Part shown: piece by piece, positions 1 to 14,281 of the stretch
Layout: every line of letters begins with the position of its first letter
How positions within the stretch are numbered: position 1 is the stretch's first letter
Assembly (NCBI RefSeq): GCF_006345805.1
Contig: NC_043002.1
Location: 47,182,001-47,246,000 of the forward strand
Reading direction: 5' to 3'
Source of the DNA: Octopus sinensis
Taxonomy: Eukaryota
DNA: 64,000 bases
Program-made: the position numbers and the translations under genes
Notes under the pieces: generated by a model
The model's database searches: none
Seen by the model: only the letters and a program-made list of their open reading frames with translations
Told to the model about the DNA's origin: nothing

Positions 1-362
1 TACATGTGTGCGTGCGTGAGTGTGTGTGTGTCATTCCTCACACACACGCATACACATACATATATGAGAGTGGCAAACACAAACGTTTCAAACAACTACA
101 TACAAACACGTGTGTGTTTGTTATTAGTAAAAAAAGGCGCCAAAACACAACTCACTTATCATTCCAACACATTTGCAAAGACACACGGACGGTCGAATAA
201 CAATACAGAAAAGGTAAATTGTTTTTTTATTTTACTCTGTATATATTTTATTATATAATATTATATATAGATATATGTATATATAATTGCAGTATGAAAC
301 TGTTTATGTATAAACAGACGACACTTATATATAGTTATTAATAAATGTATGCATCCGTTTAA

Positions 363-1185
363 TCCTTTCGTTACCAAACCGCCCGAAAAAAATTTTGGTT
401 AATGTGACCAAACCGCCCGAATTTACCTATTCATATTTAAATGAGAATATCAGAGTAAATCTCTTTAGAACATTCGTGAAAACACGTATTATACTTCGTA
501 AACACTTCAAATACAGTTTTGTACAAAAATCGAAGTGTAATTTTAATTCCGTGAATTATGGGAGATTTTTTTCCGAAATTTGTTCCTATTGTGTTTTCAA
601 AATTTGTAATTCTGACAAAAAATGGATACGAATTTCATTATATCAAGCAGCGAGTCAGAATTCGAAGGATTTTCTACTGAAGACCTTCATAAATCAAACT
701 CTATGACTGAAAAAAAAAAGCATGTGGTATTTGATCTCAACCTAAACAAAGCGAAAGAAACGATAGTTTGTTATTTCCCACAACCTTAAATGAAATTAAG
801 GCCTATTTTGCCATAAATATTATTATGGGTATTAGAAAGTTACCCAGAATAACAAATTCTATCGTAAAATTTTGTTGTATACCCAATTGAATATTAGCTA
901 ATAACCCATTTTCTATAGCGATGTTTGAACAAAATTTTAATAATTTTATATATTGTTGAATTTACCTGTATCTACCTGCAATTAGAGTCACTTTGTGACA
1001 AAAATTATAGTATAGAATTGGTTGAGAACATTTCACTAAATTATCTTCCAAAAATCAGATTAATATATTCATAAATAAAAAAGTTATAGTTGTTTAATGA
1101 AACCAGACTAAATTTATGATTACGTTAGAAATTAATTGAAACACATAAGGGGTGTATTTTGGTCAGAAATATAGTAACGAAAGGG
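363..1185. mobile_element. piggyBac-like non-autonomous DNA transposon (MITE)
   Basis: TTAA at 359-362 and 1186-1189; termini TCCTTTCGTTAC...GTAACGAAAGGG are inverted repeats with 1 mismatch; no transposase ORF. Confidence 0.7.
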
Positions 1186-1297
1186 TTAAGAAAAACCAAA
1201 AAATATTTTATTCTTTGTAAATGTTGTGTTCAAAATAACATTTTCTTTTAAGAATGTGTATATAACAAAGTATGTGTATATAACTACGTGGCTTATA

Positions 1298-1695
1298 TCT
1301 TTATATATAAGAGTGAAGTTGTGTGTCTGTCTCCTACGATTTAGATTCGTAACTACTCCCACATTTTGCGGTATAGTTTAACCAAAAGCGGGTATCTTAT
1401 AGTCGTGATTCATATCGAGCCCTTCTGGGTATTAGCGCGCGTCTACGATGAGTCTACGATTTAAAAAAAATTTACCATCATATTTTTCCATTTTAATGCA
1501 TATTTTTCGTTATTATATAAGGGAAGTAACTCTCTAAAAATATCTACGATGTGTCAACGATTTAAAAAAAAAATTACCTTAATTTTTTTTCAATTTTTAA
1601 TGCATTTTTTTGCTATTTTTTGGCTATAACTCTCAAAAAATGCTTATATAGTTATTTCCCTTACAAACCCGAGCAACGCCGGGCGATACTGCTAG
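1298..1695 (+). mobile_element. Non-autonomous Helitron-like element
   Basis: Starts TC after an A, ends CTAG before a T; subterminal hairpin CCCGAGCAACGCCGGG about 10 nt before CTAG; no TSD. Confidence 0.7.
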
Positions 1696-1839
1696 TATAT
1701 ATATAAATCTTTAGTTAAATATATTCAATGAGAATATTATATACTGAATTTATATTGAGTGCTCTGTTGTATCAAAGTATTAATACTATTAAAGTACCTA
1801 TGTATCTAATACGAGCCATTATATATATTTTATATAATA

Positions 1840-1893
<54 letters not shown>

Positions 1894-1910
1894 TATTATT
1901 GTTATTATTA
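1840..1910. repeat. (TTA)n microsatellite
   Basis: Direct reading. Confidence 0.95.
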
Positions 1911-2104
1911 TCAGGAAATCAATATTAGAAAATTCTTCAGAAAGATATATACGTTTGCAAAATAATTGTGGTATTAAAAATATAAATATATGTAAATATA
2001 TGTATATGTATAAGTATAAATATATAATAATAAATATGACAGTTTAAAAGTTTCGAATTAAGTTTTTAAAGCATCTTACGTTCATTTCGCAGAAGTGTTG
2101 TCCC

Positions 2105-2570
2105 TATAATAGAATCCTATATTGATAAGCATTTATAGACAACTCTTCTGCTCTTCAGAGATATAAAATGTGAATTTTGTATAATTTATCGAATGGTAGT
2201 TTTTTAAAAATATGAAGTAATATGGGAAAATAGTGTTTGTTTGAAATATAAATAAAAAATAAAAAATTACTGCTTTTGATTTTGGTAAGTACACTTTAGT
2301 ATGAGAGTCTTTAAATCCATATATACCTTCTTGTTTAGTTTTCTGTAATAATCCATAATAATTATGTGTAAAATCCATTATATTGTTCTGTATTCCAAAT
2401 ATAGTTCATAGACTTAGATAACATAGAATAATGAAATCCTCTATTTATAAGCATTTATAGCTAACTCTTCTGCTCCTCAGAAATATCAAATGTGAAATTA
2501 GTATAATTTAACGAATGGTAGTTTTTTTAAAATTATGAAGTAATACGGAAAAATGATGTTTGTTTGAAAA
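2105..2570. repeat. Diverged local direct duplication (~150 bp, copies near 2105-2250 and 2430-2570)
   Basis: Both copies share ataagcatttatag-aactcttctgctc-cag...gaatggtagttttt...atgaagtaata. Confidence 0.7.
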
Positions 2571-2974
2571 AAAAACTGCCATTCGTTAACAAGGGTGCCC
2601 AGTTAAGATATCTATGGGCCAATGTCTCTTGGATGGGGTGAGGATTATAGAATTAGTTTTGGGAAAGAATGTGCAATACGCTTAGTGCAGTATGAGAAGG
2701 GACAAGGCGCATTGTAGAAAACGGGAGAAAAAAAAATGAAACGTGTGTAAAAGGCTTGGAGGACGGAGAGTATGAAGCTATATACTTTAGAAGAGCAGAA
2801 GCTGTAGGAGAGATATACGAAGCAAAGTGGTGCAAAATACCTCTACCAGCAAGGGATTAGAGTGTATTTCTGAATGAATCATCATTGAATTGCTGTTCAG
2901 TCCGAAACAGTTCTGATCGAGGAGACTTACTTCAACGGCACTGTAGCCGTGACCTGACCTCCTCGTCTCATTTC

Positions 2975-3018
<44 letters not shown>

Positions 3019-4030
3019 ACGTGTATGTATGTATGTATGTATGTATGTATGTGTGTGTATGTATATATGTAGAATGGGGATAGAAATAAGCTGCTATTTG
3101 TCACAGATTGAGCTATCTCGTAGAGGTCCCATGGTCTCGTTTATTAGTCCTTTTGAAAGTTGTCTCAAGAATGTATGACAGCTTCGTTTCAGACATGACA
3201 GCAGTTCTCCAAAATCGATCTCATTGAGTTTAGTACAAATCAAAAACTGAACATGGCTGAAATATTTTCTCTCACCACCGAGTCATCCTAGTATTTAAGA
3301 TACAAATTTGGCCGCTATCAAAATTTCGTAATATAGTTACCGAGGTTGTATTTGTTGGGCTTTGAGAGGTGATGTGATTGCGTTAAGGGTAAGGAGATTG
3401 TTGTATAAGACCCTTTATTTGATATGTGTAGTAACAGTGCATTGGTACAACTAGTATGTCCTCTTTGTTGTATGTTTTCAAGGCCTGTTTATAGTGACAA
3501 TAAAGGCGGGAGTATGCATTTGATAACTATATCCGGAACATTAATTTCTAATCCAAGAGATGAGAAATTAATGGAGTCTTAGTCTGGCGGATTTTAGTAT
3601 TGTATGATTCCAGAACCTTAAATGTAAACTCATATAGAAAGAGTTCTCACAAAAATGCTGTAAAAAATAGTGAACATTTTTACGATTATTTTCGATTCTC
3701 TCTGCCCAACATTGCTCGCCAAAGCTACATCTTTTGACTTCATACAATTATGGAATCGAAAGTTTGGCTATAGATGCAGTCATCTTGTTTCGTGCAAATG
3801 TATATACATATACACATATATATATATGTGTGTGTATGTAGAATGTCTGTGATAATACTATAATATAGGAACTTATAATTTAGGACAAATTAATTAGATC
3901 AAGAAAATGTAAGCTTTAAAGATTCGATAAAATGTGGCAGAAATGCACAAAAGCATGCAGATACAGTTCTTCGTTGATGTAAAATATTAATATGAAGCTG
4001 TGGTAATTTGAGCATTTTTTTCTTTTTCAG

Positions 4031-4122
4031 TTACCTTGAAGGAATGAAAAATTGTTTATATCAACAAGAGTGTACCGAGCATTATAAACTGTTGGACAAG
4101 CACTACACCGATAGCTGCCTTA
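4031..4122 (+). CDS. Exon 1 (first in window; B-type, phase 2 to 1) of a Cys-rich repeat, putative GPI-anchored protein
   Basis: Acceptor ttttttctttttcAG, donor GTaggt; 92 nt reads YLEGMKNCLYQQECTEHYKLLDKHYTDSCL (C-x5-C-x14-C); splices in frame to exon 2. Confidence 0.8.
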
Positions 4123-4534
4123 GTAGGTTCTTTTATTTAATGCTTTCAAAGTTATTCATCAAGAATAGTGGTATATCATTGAAATAAAATTATAATTATT
4201 AAATTTCTCAAAGAATTTGTCATCTTTTCAATTCATTTTCGACTACTACATAGAGATCAAAATAGCATTTTTATAAATATCTTAATTTTGACTTGCTATA
4301 CAAATATATTATCATTTAGAAATTACGTTCGTATTATTACTCGCAAATTGGGCATTTGAGCGCTTGCTATCACAAGCAGGATTTCTCATTATTACTAACT
4401 TTAAATCATCTCATTACATTTGCAGGAAATATAATACAATTTCTTCTAATCCATATTTATAAAATCTAAACATACCTATCCTAAAGTATACCATATTTTA
4501 TTGTTCTTTTTTTACGACTCTATTTTTTTTTCAG

Positions 4535-4619
4535 AAACTCCCTGTCACACGAACAATGTAGACAATTGTAAGATCCAAATTACAGAGCCAAAAACAAAGT
4601 CAACAGAAACTATGTGTCC
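4535..4619 (+). CDS. Exon 2 (A-type, phase 1 to 2)
   Basis: Acceptor ttttttttcAG, donor GTaagt; 85 nt reads (K)TPCHTNNVDNCKIQITEPKTKSTETMC(P). Confidence 0.85.
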
Positions 4620-4880
4620 GTAAGTAAATTAACAAATTTAAGTACCTAACTAAATGAAATGCTAATTTTGATATTTTATATATGCATATATAACGTGGTG
4701 ATACGCAACCATAAATTTGTAAGGCTGGGATATAGTCAACTGAAATATCATCAGTAGATGACAATTACTTATCTATACCGAATCTAGATATAAACGGAAT
4801 TCTGACGTAGGATATCTATCTGGTTTCTCATAACAATGGCGACGATATGTTTGTGCTCGTGTGTGTGTGTGTGTGTGTAA

Positions 4881-4911
<31 letters not shown>

Positions 4912-5487
4912 TGTGTGTGTGCGCGTGTGTGTGTAAACCTATATCAATTATCCTTTTGTTTTCTTTTATTAGTAACAGACTGATGGGTATCGCCATGCTA
5001 GAGTGCCACCAATTTGGTACTGTTTCTTATTATATTTAGATTTCGGTGAAAGCGAGAGTGTGGTGTCACTATCCTCGGTTTCGATCGTTGCAGTGACGTC
5101 GGTTCGTGTAGAATCACCAATAGTAGAATAACTAATTGCTTCTTGAATGTATTTACATCCACTCCATATAGAGTTTTCAATTTCTGTGGCAAAATGTTGA
5201 AATGCTGCTGACATAAGTACCTTAAGCAGTAGCCCTATGTGGTCTTCACTTATAATGAGGAGAGTAGGATTAAGGAAGAGAAACATTATAGCCGAAGAAC
5301 AGCAGTGAATGGGGCTTAGATTAAACTGAAAAGATATTTCTAAACAATACAAAGAAATGAATGTAGATTAAAATCCACCATCTCTCTTACTTCGAGCTTC
5401 TTTCCTCATTGTATTATTTTGCTTCTCTCACTGACGTCTTCATTCTCTTGATCACATATTCTAAATTGGTTTCCCTGTTTGTCGTCA

Positions 5488-5567
<80 letters not shown>
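5488..5567. repeat. (ACT)n microsatellite
   Basis: Direct reading; explains the poly-Thr ORF. Confidence 0.95.
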
Positions 5568-5569
<2 letters not shown>

Positions 5570-6016
5570 GTGATGGTAAGATCGGTGATTTTAGTAGTAG
5601 TAGTAGTAGTGGTTATGGAAGATTACTCTTCGCATACGACAGTTTCCGGAATTTTCATCTCGATATTTAAAAAAATATTATTTAATTGTGGGGTTGGAGA
5701 TAAAGCATAACATTTTAAAAACCCATGGGACTGATGCCATCACTATAGCTGATATTCAATGGCGAGCCCCTTCAAAATAAACTCAAACTGAATATCAGTA
5801 TGCTCTCTTTTGTAAGATGAGCTGAGAGTACATTACGTAAGGATGCAGGGCATCTTGAGTAAGTTACCAGATTTATTTAAGGAAATATAAGTAAAAAAAA
5901 ATTATAGACGCGTGAAGAAAACGCATGCTTGCATACTACATACGTACTATTACATACACTCGCAAACACAATCTCTCATTTTGTGTGTGTGTGCGCGCGC
6001 GCGTGTGTGTATGTAC

Positions 6017-6067
<51 letters not shown>

Positions 6068-6127
6068 TACGGAGATGTACTTGCATAGCAAGTGACTTGA
6101 TCTGAGATCGTGTGCCGGAACGAAAAC

Positions 6128-6373
6128 AATTGCAGCGTGGAAGGTGTTTATAAGCCATTTAAGAAACACACAAAACCGTTAGATTCACTTCAACATTTAA
6201 ATTTAATTTGTCAAAATATTTTCGTCGCTTTGAGACCGCGACCTTTTCACTGACAAAAGTTCGTGCTGCATCTCAGACGTGCCGCCGATGACAAGTTAAA
6301 TTTAAAAGTTGAAGTGAATCTAACGGTTTTGTGTGTTCTTTATTAAATCGTTTATAAACACCTTCCACGCTGC

Positions 6374-6378
<5 letters not shown>
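6128..6378. mobile_element. Non-autonomous PLE-like fold-back element with HHR-like motif on the - strand
   Basis: Inverted arms ~6128-6212 and ~6290-6378; - strand reads TTGTCA GTGAAAA G GTCGC..GCGAC GAAA ATAT T T TGACAA. Confidence 0.6.
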
Positions 6379-6449
<71 letters not shown>

Positions 6450-6452
<3 letters not shown>

Positions 6453-6690
6453 ACGATCAGGTGACCGACCAGACTATCATCGCTGGTCACAATGCGTTTT
6501 GCACCGTTTTAGCCTTCGATCGACGCCATCGCGCTGGTTAGGCGAGCAGGCCAACATTCTCACCTGATCGGAAAGGAAACTAGAGCAACGTGAAATGAAG
6601 TGTTTTGCTCAAGAACACAACGCGCCGCTCGGTCTAGCGATCGTAAGAACAAAGCCTAACGACTTAGCTATACACCTTCATTCCCCCGCA
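6450..6690 (-). mobile_element. SINE-like interspersed repeat
   Basis: Contains gtgttttgctcaagaacacaacg, a segment I recognise from common SINE bodies; abuts a (TA)n tract. Confidence 0.45.
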
Positions 6691-7394
6691 CGCATACACC
6701 TTCTTCCCCGCGCGCCCACACGCATATACCCATGGATCAAACATCGCTTTGTGTTCTTGAGCAAAACATATAGACATCCACCAAGGTAACTTACATTTAT
6801 ATATATACATGTATGTATGTGTGTGTGTGTTAATGTAATGGAAGCAATTGTCGGCTTTATAATGTGAGAGCTATAATAACAATATAATTTTCTCTATAGT
6901 GTATTTTTGTAATTCTACAAATGGATATTTGGATGTACCTGTCATGAATGAGGATTTATCCGGGATTTGTATTCTACATACATTTACTGGTATATACTTG
7001 TTGGAAATATGTGTGTGTATGTACGTTTGTGCACGTGTTGTGTGTACGCGCATATGTGTGTGTGCGCGTGGGTGTATGTGAGTGTGTGTGTGTATGTATG
7101 CGTGTGTGTGTGGAAGTATGTGAGTGTATACGTGCATGTATGTGTATTGTATGTGTGCGGTGTGTGAGGGAGGTATATGTGCATTCGTGGATGTGTACGT
7201 ATGTGTGTGCATGTGTACGTGTATATAGAAATAAAAACAATAATTTATAAAACAATAAGTTATAAACAATTAAAAAACAAAAAATTATAAAAACAATAAA
7301 ATATGAAAATTAAGGTTGAAAGGAGATAAGGAAGTTAATACAATATAAATGGCGCAATTACAAGTAAAAATGAAAAATGTGAAAAAGAAATTAA

Positions 7395-8225
7395 GTTGCT
7401 TGTTGCGGGAGGTGTAGAAGCAGTCAATAGGAGGAGGGGGTTGTGTTTAGTTCGTGGGGGATAGTGCCTGTAAATTAAAGACAGCGCTGTTCCAGGCGGA
7501 GACGAGAGTGTGTGGATCCGTGGTGTAGAGTGAGGCCAAAGACGGAGATGCTAGAGGGGGAATGGTTGGCCAAGCGAAAAAGACGGGCGACGGGAGTGTT
7601 CGAACGTTGCCGAACATCCCTTAGATGTTCGGTGAACCGGTCGGCCAGTCGACGGCACGTCTGACCTACATATAGTTTCCCACAGAGGTTGCATTTAATG
7701 CATTATATGAGGCTAGAAGAAGTGCATCTGAAGGAATTTGTAATGTGAACAGTTTGTAGGTTAGAACCAGCGAGAGAGGTAGTGTTGGTGATGAAGGGGT
7801 AGGTGTTGTAGCGGGATCTAGAGCACGGGGAGGATCCATGTGGGGCTGGGAGGGAAGAGGAGAAGGTGCTACGGACCAGAAGATCGCGTAGGTTCCGGGC
7901 GCGTTTGAGGACAAGAGTGGGTTGAGGAAAATGGGGCGGGTGGTGGGATCGAGTTGGAGACGACGAAAGGCCCGTAGTATCCTACGACGAAGGAGTAGAG
8001 TGGAGGGGTGGAAAAGAAAGGGAAAAGGGGTGCGGTTAGGGGTTTGGTGAGGGGAAGGAGAAAGGGCGGTGGTGCGATAGATTCGACGAGCGCGGGCAAG
8101 GGCGTTTTGGACAAGGATTGAGGGGTATCCTCGATGCCTGAACAGGCGGGCCAGGTACTGGGACTGGGTCTCAAAATCCTGGTTACAGCTGCACAAGCGT
8201 CGGAGGCGGAGGAACTGGGAGTTGG
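7395..8225 (-). mobile_element. Penelope-like element fragment (RT thumb + GIY-YIG endonuclease), frameshifted
   Basis: SQFLRLRRLCS...RGYP thumb motif in ORF 7666-8253; downstream CNLCGKLYVGQT..RLADRFTEH GIY-YIG-type motif. Confidence 0.85.
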
Positions 8226-8239
8226 GTATATATATATAT

Positions 8240-9364
8240 ATATGAAAAATCAACGAAAATGCACATTGTAAATGAAAAAAGGCTTTTTATGAAAGGTAAC
8301 GACAAATATATACATTTAGATGGACTGAGGTAGTAATAAAAGTCATTACTATGAGATGATTATAAAGTCAGAAAACAAAGCATACCATGGTTTCTGAAAA
8401 GCTATTCATTGCTTCGTATACACCGGCTAATACAAGGTGTCAGGTCTAATAGTTCCTGAGAAAAAAGATTATTTGAAAGGGAGGTAAGTAGTCCTGGATT
8501 ATTTGTAAGGGAGGTAAGTAGTTCTGGATTTAGAAATGTGAATAGTGTAGGGAGTATATAGGGGTTAGTGGTTTAAATTGAAGGGTTAGTGGTGTTCTGT
8601 ATTGAGTTGTGTGTTCATATTTAGTTGGGGGAGATATTTATTGATGAAAAATGCCTCTTTATTCTACCTTTGTTAAATTGTGGTGTTCTGTGAATATCGA
8701 TAGAAGGGGAAGATAGGATTTGGTAAACGCTATATTGGACAAACAGGAATTTCACTCCATCAAAGAACCACCATTCACAAAGAGCAAATCCGCCACCCAC
8801 AATACAGACAGTTAAAGGTGAGTGAACACATAGAAAGATGTGCCAGGAATCTTAATCCTAATTTCCAAATCTTCCCCTTCTATCAATGTTCACAGAACAC
8901 CACAATGCAACAAAGGTTGAATAAAGAGGCATTTTTCATCAATAAATATCTCCCCCAACTAATTATGAACACACAACTCAATACAGAACACCACTAACCC
9001 TTCAATTTAAACCACTAACCCCTATACACTCACTACACTATTCACATTTCTAAATCCAGAACTACTTACCTCCCTTTCAAATAATCTTTTTTCTCAGGAA
9101 CTATTAGACCTGACACCGTGTATTAGACGGTGTATACAAAGCAATGAATAACTTTGCAGAAACCATGGTATGCTTTGTTTTCTGACTTTATAATCATCTC
9201 ATAATAATGACTTTTATTACTACCTCAGTCCATCTAAATGTATATATTTGTCGTTACCTTTCATAAAAAGCCTTTTTTATTTACAGTGTGCATTTTCGTT
9301 GATTTTTCATATTGTACCCTTACATTTCCACTCGTATTTTATATTTTCTTTTGGTAAGATATTT

Positions 9365-9423
<59 letters not shown>

Positions 9424-9760
9424 TATATATTATATATATATACACACACTTTTATTTAACGGTAAACTTGTGTATATCTAAAGAGGGGTAACTCAAGCAT
9501 TTCCAGCTAATAAGTTAATTAATTACTTAATTCTGTATTGCGATATTACTCAATTTAGGTCTAAAGGGAAGAGGTTATGTAAGTTATAGATGCAAATAGG
9601 TTTTTTGTTCGGGTAAATGTGACAGCTATGGGGTGTAGACATCTATGTATTCTGATGTATTAGGCAAACTAGCTTTAGTAAGATACACTATATTGTACTG
9701 ATGAAGCCTTGAGGCACACTCAATACCCAAATTTTATCTAATAATCCCTACATAACACTG
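8240..9760 (+). mobile_element. 5'-truncated Penelope-like element with inverted pLTR
   Basis: Arms ~8240-8723 and ~8865-9312 are inverted copies; from 8728 the frame reads RYIGQTGISLHQRTTIHKEQIRHP...SEHIERC...FPFYQC (GIY-YIG). Confidence 0.85.
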
Positions 9761-9987
9761 AAGAGATAGAAATAACCTAGAGGGCATAGTGGCCTCTTGG
9801 CAGAAAAGACCGTAAGGAACTGTTCTTTTAGTCTTTTATGTATTGCTGGTACATATGTCTGTAACACACAGTATTTGCATATGTATGTATTCTTACAAAT
9901 GTTTTCGAATAAATATATAGACATAATAGAATGTCTAACACTTGATATATATGATTTCTCTATCCCCCTCCATTTTCTGTTTGCTAT

Positions 9988-10021
<34 letters not shown>

Positions 10022-10039
10022 CATACATACATATATATA

Positions 10040-10098
<59 letters not shown>

Positions 10099-10105
10099 CA
10101 TACAT

Positions 10106-10831
<726 letters not shown>

Positions 10832-10880
10832 GTGTGTGTGTATATACATTTATATGCATGCATGAAGTTATATGTATATA

Positions 10881-11294
10881 GGCGCAGGCATGGCTGTGTG
10901 TGTGTGTGGTAAGAAGCTTGCTTCCCAACCACATGGTTCCAGGTTCAGTCTCACTACGTGACACCTTAGGCAGGTGTCTTCTATTATAGCCTAGGGGCGA
11001 CCAAAACCATGTGAGTGGATTTGGTAGACGGAAACTGAAAGAAACCCGCCGTATATATATATATATGTATATATATATGTGTGTGTGTGTGTATCTGTAT
11101 GTCTGTCTGTGTTTGTGCTGTCCCCCACCATGGCATGACAACCGATGTTAGTGTGTTTACGTCCTTGTAACTTAGCGGCTTGGCAATAGAGGCCGATAGA
11201 AAAAGTACTAGACCTGCAAAGAATAAGTACAGGGGTCGATTTGTTCGACTAAAGGCAGTTCTCCAGCTTTACTGAAACAAATAAATGAATAAAA

Positions 11295-11298
<4 letters not shown>
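10881..11298 (+). mobile_element. tRNA-derived SINE (octopus-type family)
   Basis: ggcgcagg..gtggtaagaagcttgcttcccaaccacatggttcc..ggttcagtc head and gtggatttggtagacggaaactgaaagaa body; same family as 60452-60794. Confidence 0.85.
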
Positions 11299-11363
<65 letters not shown>

Positions 11364-11823
11364 CATACATACATACATAGAATACATGAATACATACATA
11401 CATACATACATGCACACACACGTCAAAATGAGGGTGAAAAATTGTATATTAATTTAATAACATCAATTTAACACCAGTGGTTTAGCGCATAAAAAACAGA
11501 TTCAGTAAATATTATTAAAACATAAATATGAGAGAGAATCCACTAGGTGGACGCCCTTACGCTAAAGAGAGATCCGCATGAGATCCGCACTATATTTTTG
11601 TTATATTTCATTTGTCCTGCTTGCTGATTAACACACGCTGAAAACGAGTAACCATCCAGAAACTCGACTCTATGTGCATCACGTGAGGCTAGAGATGGAA
11701 GCGATGACCTCCCCTCGCAAATACTAATCGGACACAGAATGTGTGTCTTCCTGGGGCTGTAAACGTCAGTAGACCTATCTTTTATAGGATGTCACACTTG
11801 GTTGGAATATATATGTTACGATG

Positions 11824-11839
<16 letters not shown>

Positions 11840-11864
<25 letters not shown>

Positions 11865-12292
11865 ATCCAAACAAGACAACACAAAAAAAACACAGCAACG
11901 CGAGGACGTGGAACAAATAAAGTATTATTGGACGCTCAGGAAAGAAGGGAAGAAGGAGGGTTTAACGTTTCGAGCGGAGCTCTTCGTTGGAAACGTAGGA
12001 GAAGGAAAGATCCCGAGAAGGGAAGACAGAGGAAAAAAATCACACACATACACACACATACACACACACACACATATATATATACATACATACATACATT
12101 TATATATATATATACACGTGGTCATCGTCCATCTTTTCTTTCCTCACGTGGCCATCTTTCTTTTCCTGCACGGACGTTCAACGATTGGATGCGTTCTTTC
12201 TCTCTTCTGTCTTTTCTATTTTCATAGAAAATATTTCATGTTGTTTACACACACAGTTGGTAACATCCTGTACCCGTGATTGCATTATATAT

Positions 12293-12300
<8 letters not shown>
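11840..12300 (-). mobile_element. PLE-like 3' tail/pLTR fragment with degenerate HHR
   Basis: - strand gtttCCAACGAagagctccgctcGAAACGTTaaac; homologous to 60210-60300. Confidence 0.6.
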
Positions 12301-12340
<40 letters not shown>

Positions 12341-12344
<4 letters not shown>

Positions 12345-13304
12345 ACGGAATCCCAAAGTTGTTACGGAATCCACCTGCCGTCGCTCGAACTCGAACCCGG
12401 GATCCTAACAAGTGTCGAGCGACGACATTGACCAGGCTCGATCGATCGGGAAAGTACGCCACGGAACTCAGAGAGGAGAGAGATAACAAACAACAGCAGC
12501 AGGAAGAGACCAGAGGCAATCGGCTTACATTTAACGTACTAGTTTATATGACTATTACAACAAATACAATGTGATACATCTGGTAAATACAAGCAACAGA
12601 ATCAACAGCATGCAGATGCAATATAACAACAGCATAAAGAAAACCCAAATCAATACATTATACAATGTTCATGTCACAAATAATTCACGTTACAATTAAC
12701 GTACACATTAACGATACAGTTCAGAGTTCTTTTCAGTCTTTAAAGACTATATCAGAGTCTTTCTTTTTCTCTCTTTCTTTTCACATTAATTCTTTAACAC
12801 AATGTCTTTATACATTTCGTTTCCAGCCTTTTAGCACTGTTCTTTATAACATATCAACAAGTCCTTTACTCAATTCACATATCAATATACAACAACCAAA
12901 AGACACAAACAAAACTTTACCGGACGTTCCTTTCCGTCTGCAACAATTTCAGAAAATTACTACTGTAATTGCCAAGCCCTCTCTCTCGCTCTCAGTCCTC
13001 TGTGTATCTCCCTCTCCCTCACGCTACCGTCATGCTCTCGCCTGTCATCTCTCATGACTGTGTGTCTGTCTTTCTCGTAATCCCGTCTGCCATGTTACTA
13101 CCCCAATCTCTCGGCTGGAACTGATCTACAGACTCACAGCTCTTTTTTATAAGATAGTTTCTTTGACCCTTCCTTGACCGGCAAAAGGGGAGGGGTCCTT
13201 CCAAAAGCCATCACTCTTTCTAGAACAAAGGACTATAACTTTGTATTCCAGACTTTCAGACTCCACCCCAAGCAATGTAGGTCAAGAAGTGTCCCTGACT
13301 ATTC

Positions 13305-13310
<6 letters not shown>
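12341..13310. mobile_element. Solo LTR-like element inside (TA)n
   Basis: TGTTACGGAAT...ATTCACAACA termini (TG..CA with imperfect terminal IR), (TA)n on both sides, no ORF. Confidence 0.6.
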
Positions 13311-13338
<28 letters not shown>

Positions 13339-13345
<7 letters not shown>

Positions 13346-14244
13346 AAAAAAGGTTTGAAAATGCAATTTAAACGATGTTTATTTACTTAACCGGTTTCAC
13401 TCTTTGGTAAAAGATTGTCAAAAGTTACATTTAAGGAAACATTGAATAATATGGGTTCAAAAAAAGTTTTTTACATAATTGTCACATTGAATATTATGCA
13501 TTCAAAAAAGTTTTTTACATAATTGTCACATTGGATATTATGGGTTCAAAAAAGTTTTTTACATAATTGTCACATTGAATATTATGCATTCAAAAAAGTT
13601 TTTTACATAATTGTCACATTGGATTTATGAATTCAAAAATGTTTTTTTATACATAATTGTCACATTATTTGGGAAAATTTGCAGAAAAGGATAAAAACAA
13701 ATATATTATTGGGAATTGGTTGCGTTAATTATTGGTTGTCGCAAATTGTCACATTACATGTATATATATACAATCTTTGGTATATATATACAGCGTTTTG
13801 ACAGCAAAAATTAAAATGGATTTTTTGTACATCTCAGAATATTTTAAGTATGTTTTTACTGACCTGTCAGTATTAGCAAAAGGCTGAACTGAGAGAACAG
13901 AAGAAGTAGCCAATGTGGTGTATACTTCCCCTTTATGCATGAATGATTTTGGGGTTATCAGGAGGTTAGTATGCGGGTGTGAATAGATGTGTGAGTGCCT
14001 GCTGGTCAGACAGCGTCTGTTTGTCACACACATATATATACACACAACACACACACACACACAGCAACACACACTCACACACACATAGTATACAAACACA
14101 CACCACATACAAACAACACACACACACACAGAACACACACACCCACACACAACGCACCCACATATATCACATATACACACAGCACACAAATATAACATGT
14201 ATCTATATATAACATACACAGATATATAACACACATACACACAC

Positions 14245-14281
<37 letters not shown>

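Noticed and set aside
1-4030. Search for the missing A-type exon, signal-peptide exon and promoter of the Cys-rich gene
   Set aside because: I found no exon ending TGY-NN-GT with a matching acceptor and Cys pattern; the GTAAGT at ~2285 has no plausible open exon. The 5' end is presumed upstream of the window
4745-4760. Other CTGATGA hits on the - strand (~4750, ~25825, ~26372)
   Set aside because: No flanking stems or correctly placed GAAA; chance heptamers
4969-5352. 127-aa - strand ORF with non-repetitive sequence
   Set aside because: No recognisable motif, no convincing splice partners, antisense within an intron; unsupported
9690-9725. CTGATGA-A-GCC-TTGA-GGC hammerhead-like start at the PLE tail
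   Set aside because: GAAA is replaced by ACAC and stem III is absent; at best a dead remnant
11632-11680. CTGAAAA...GAAACTCGACTC motif
   Set aside because: C3/A8 mismatch, no stem II pairing, broken stem III; too degenerate to call
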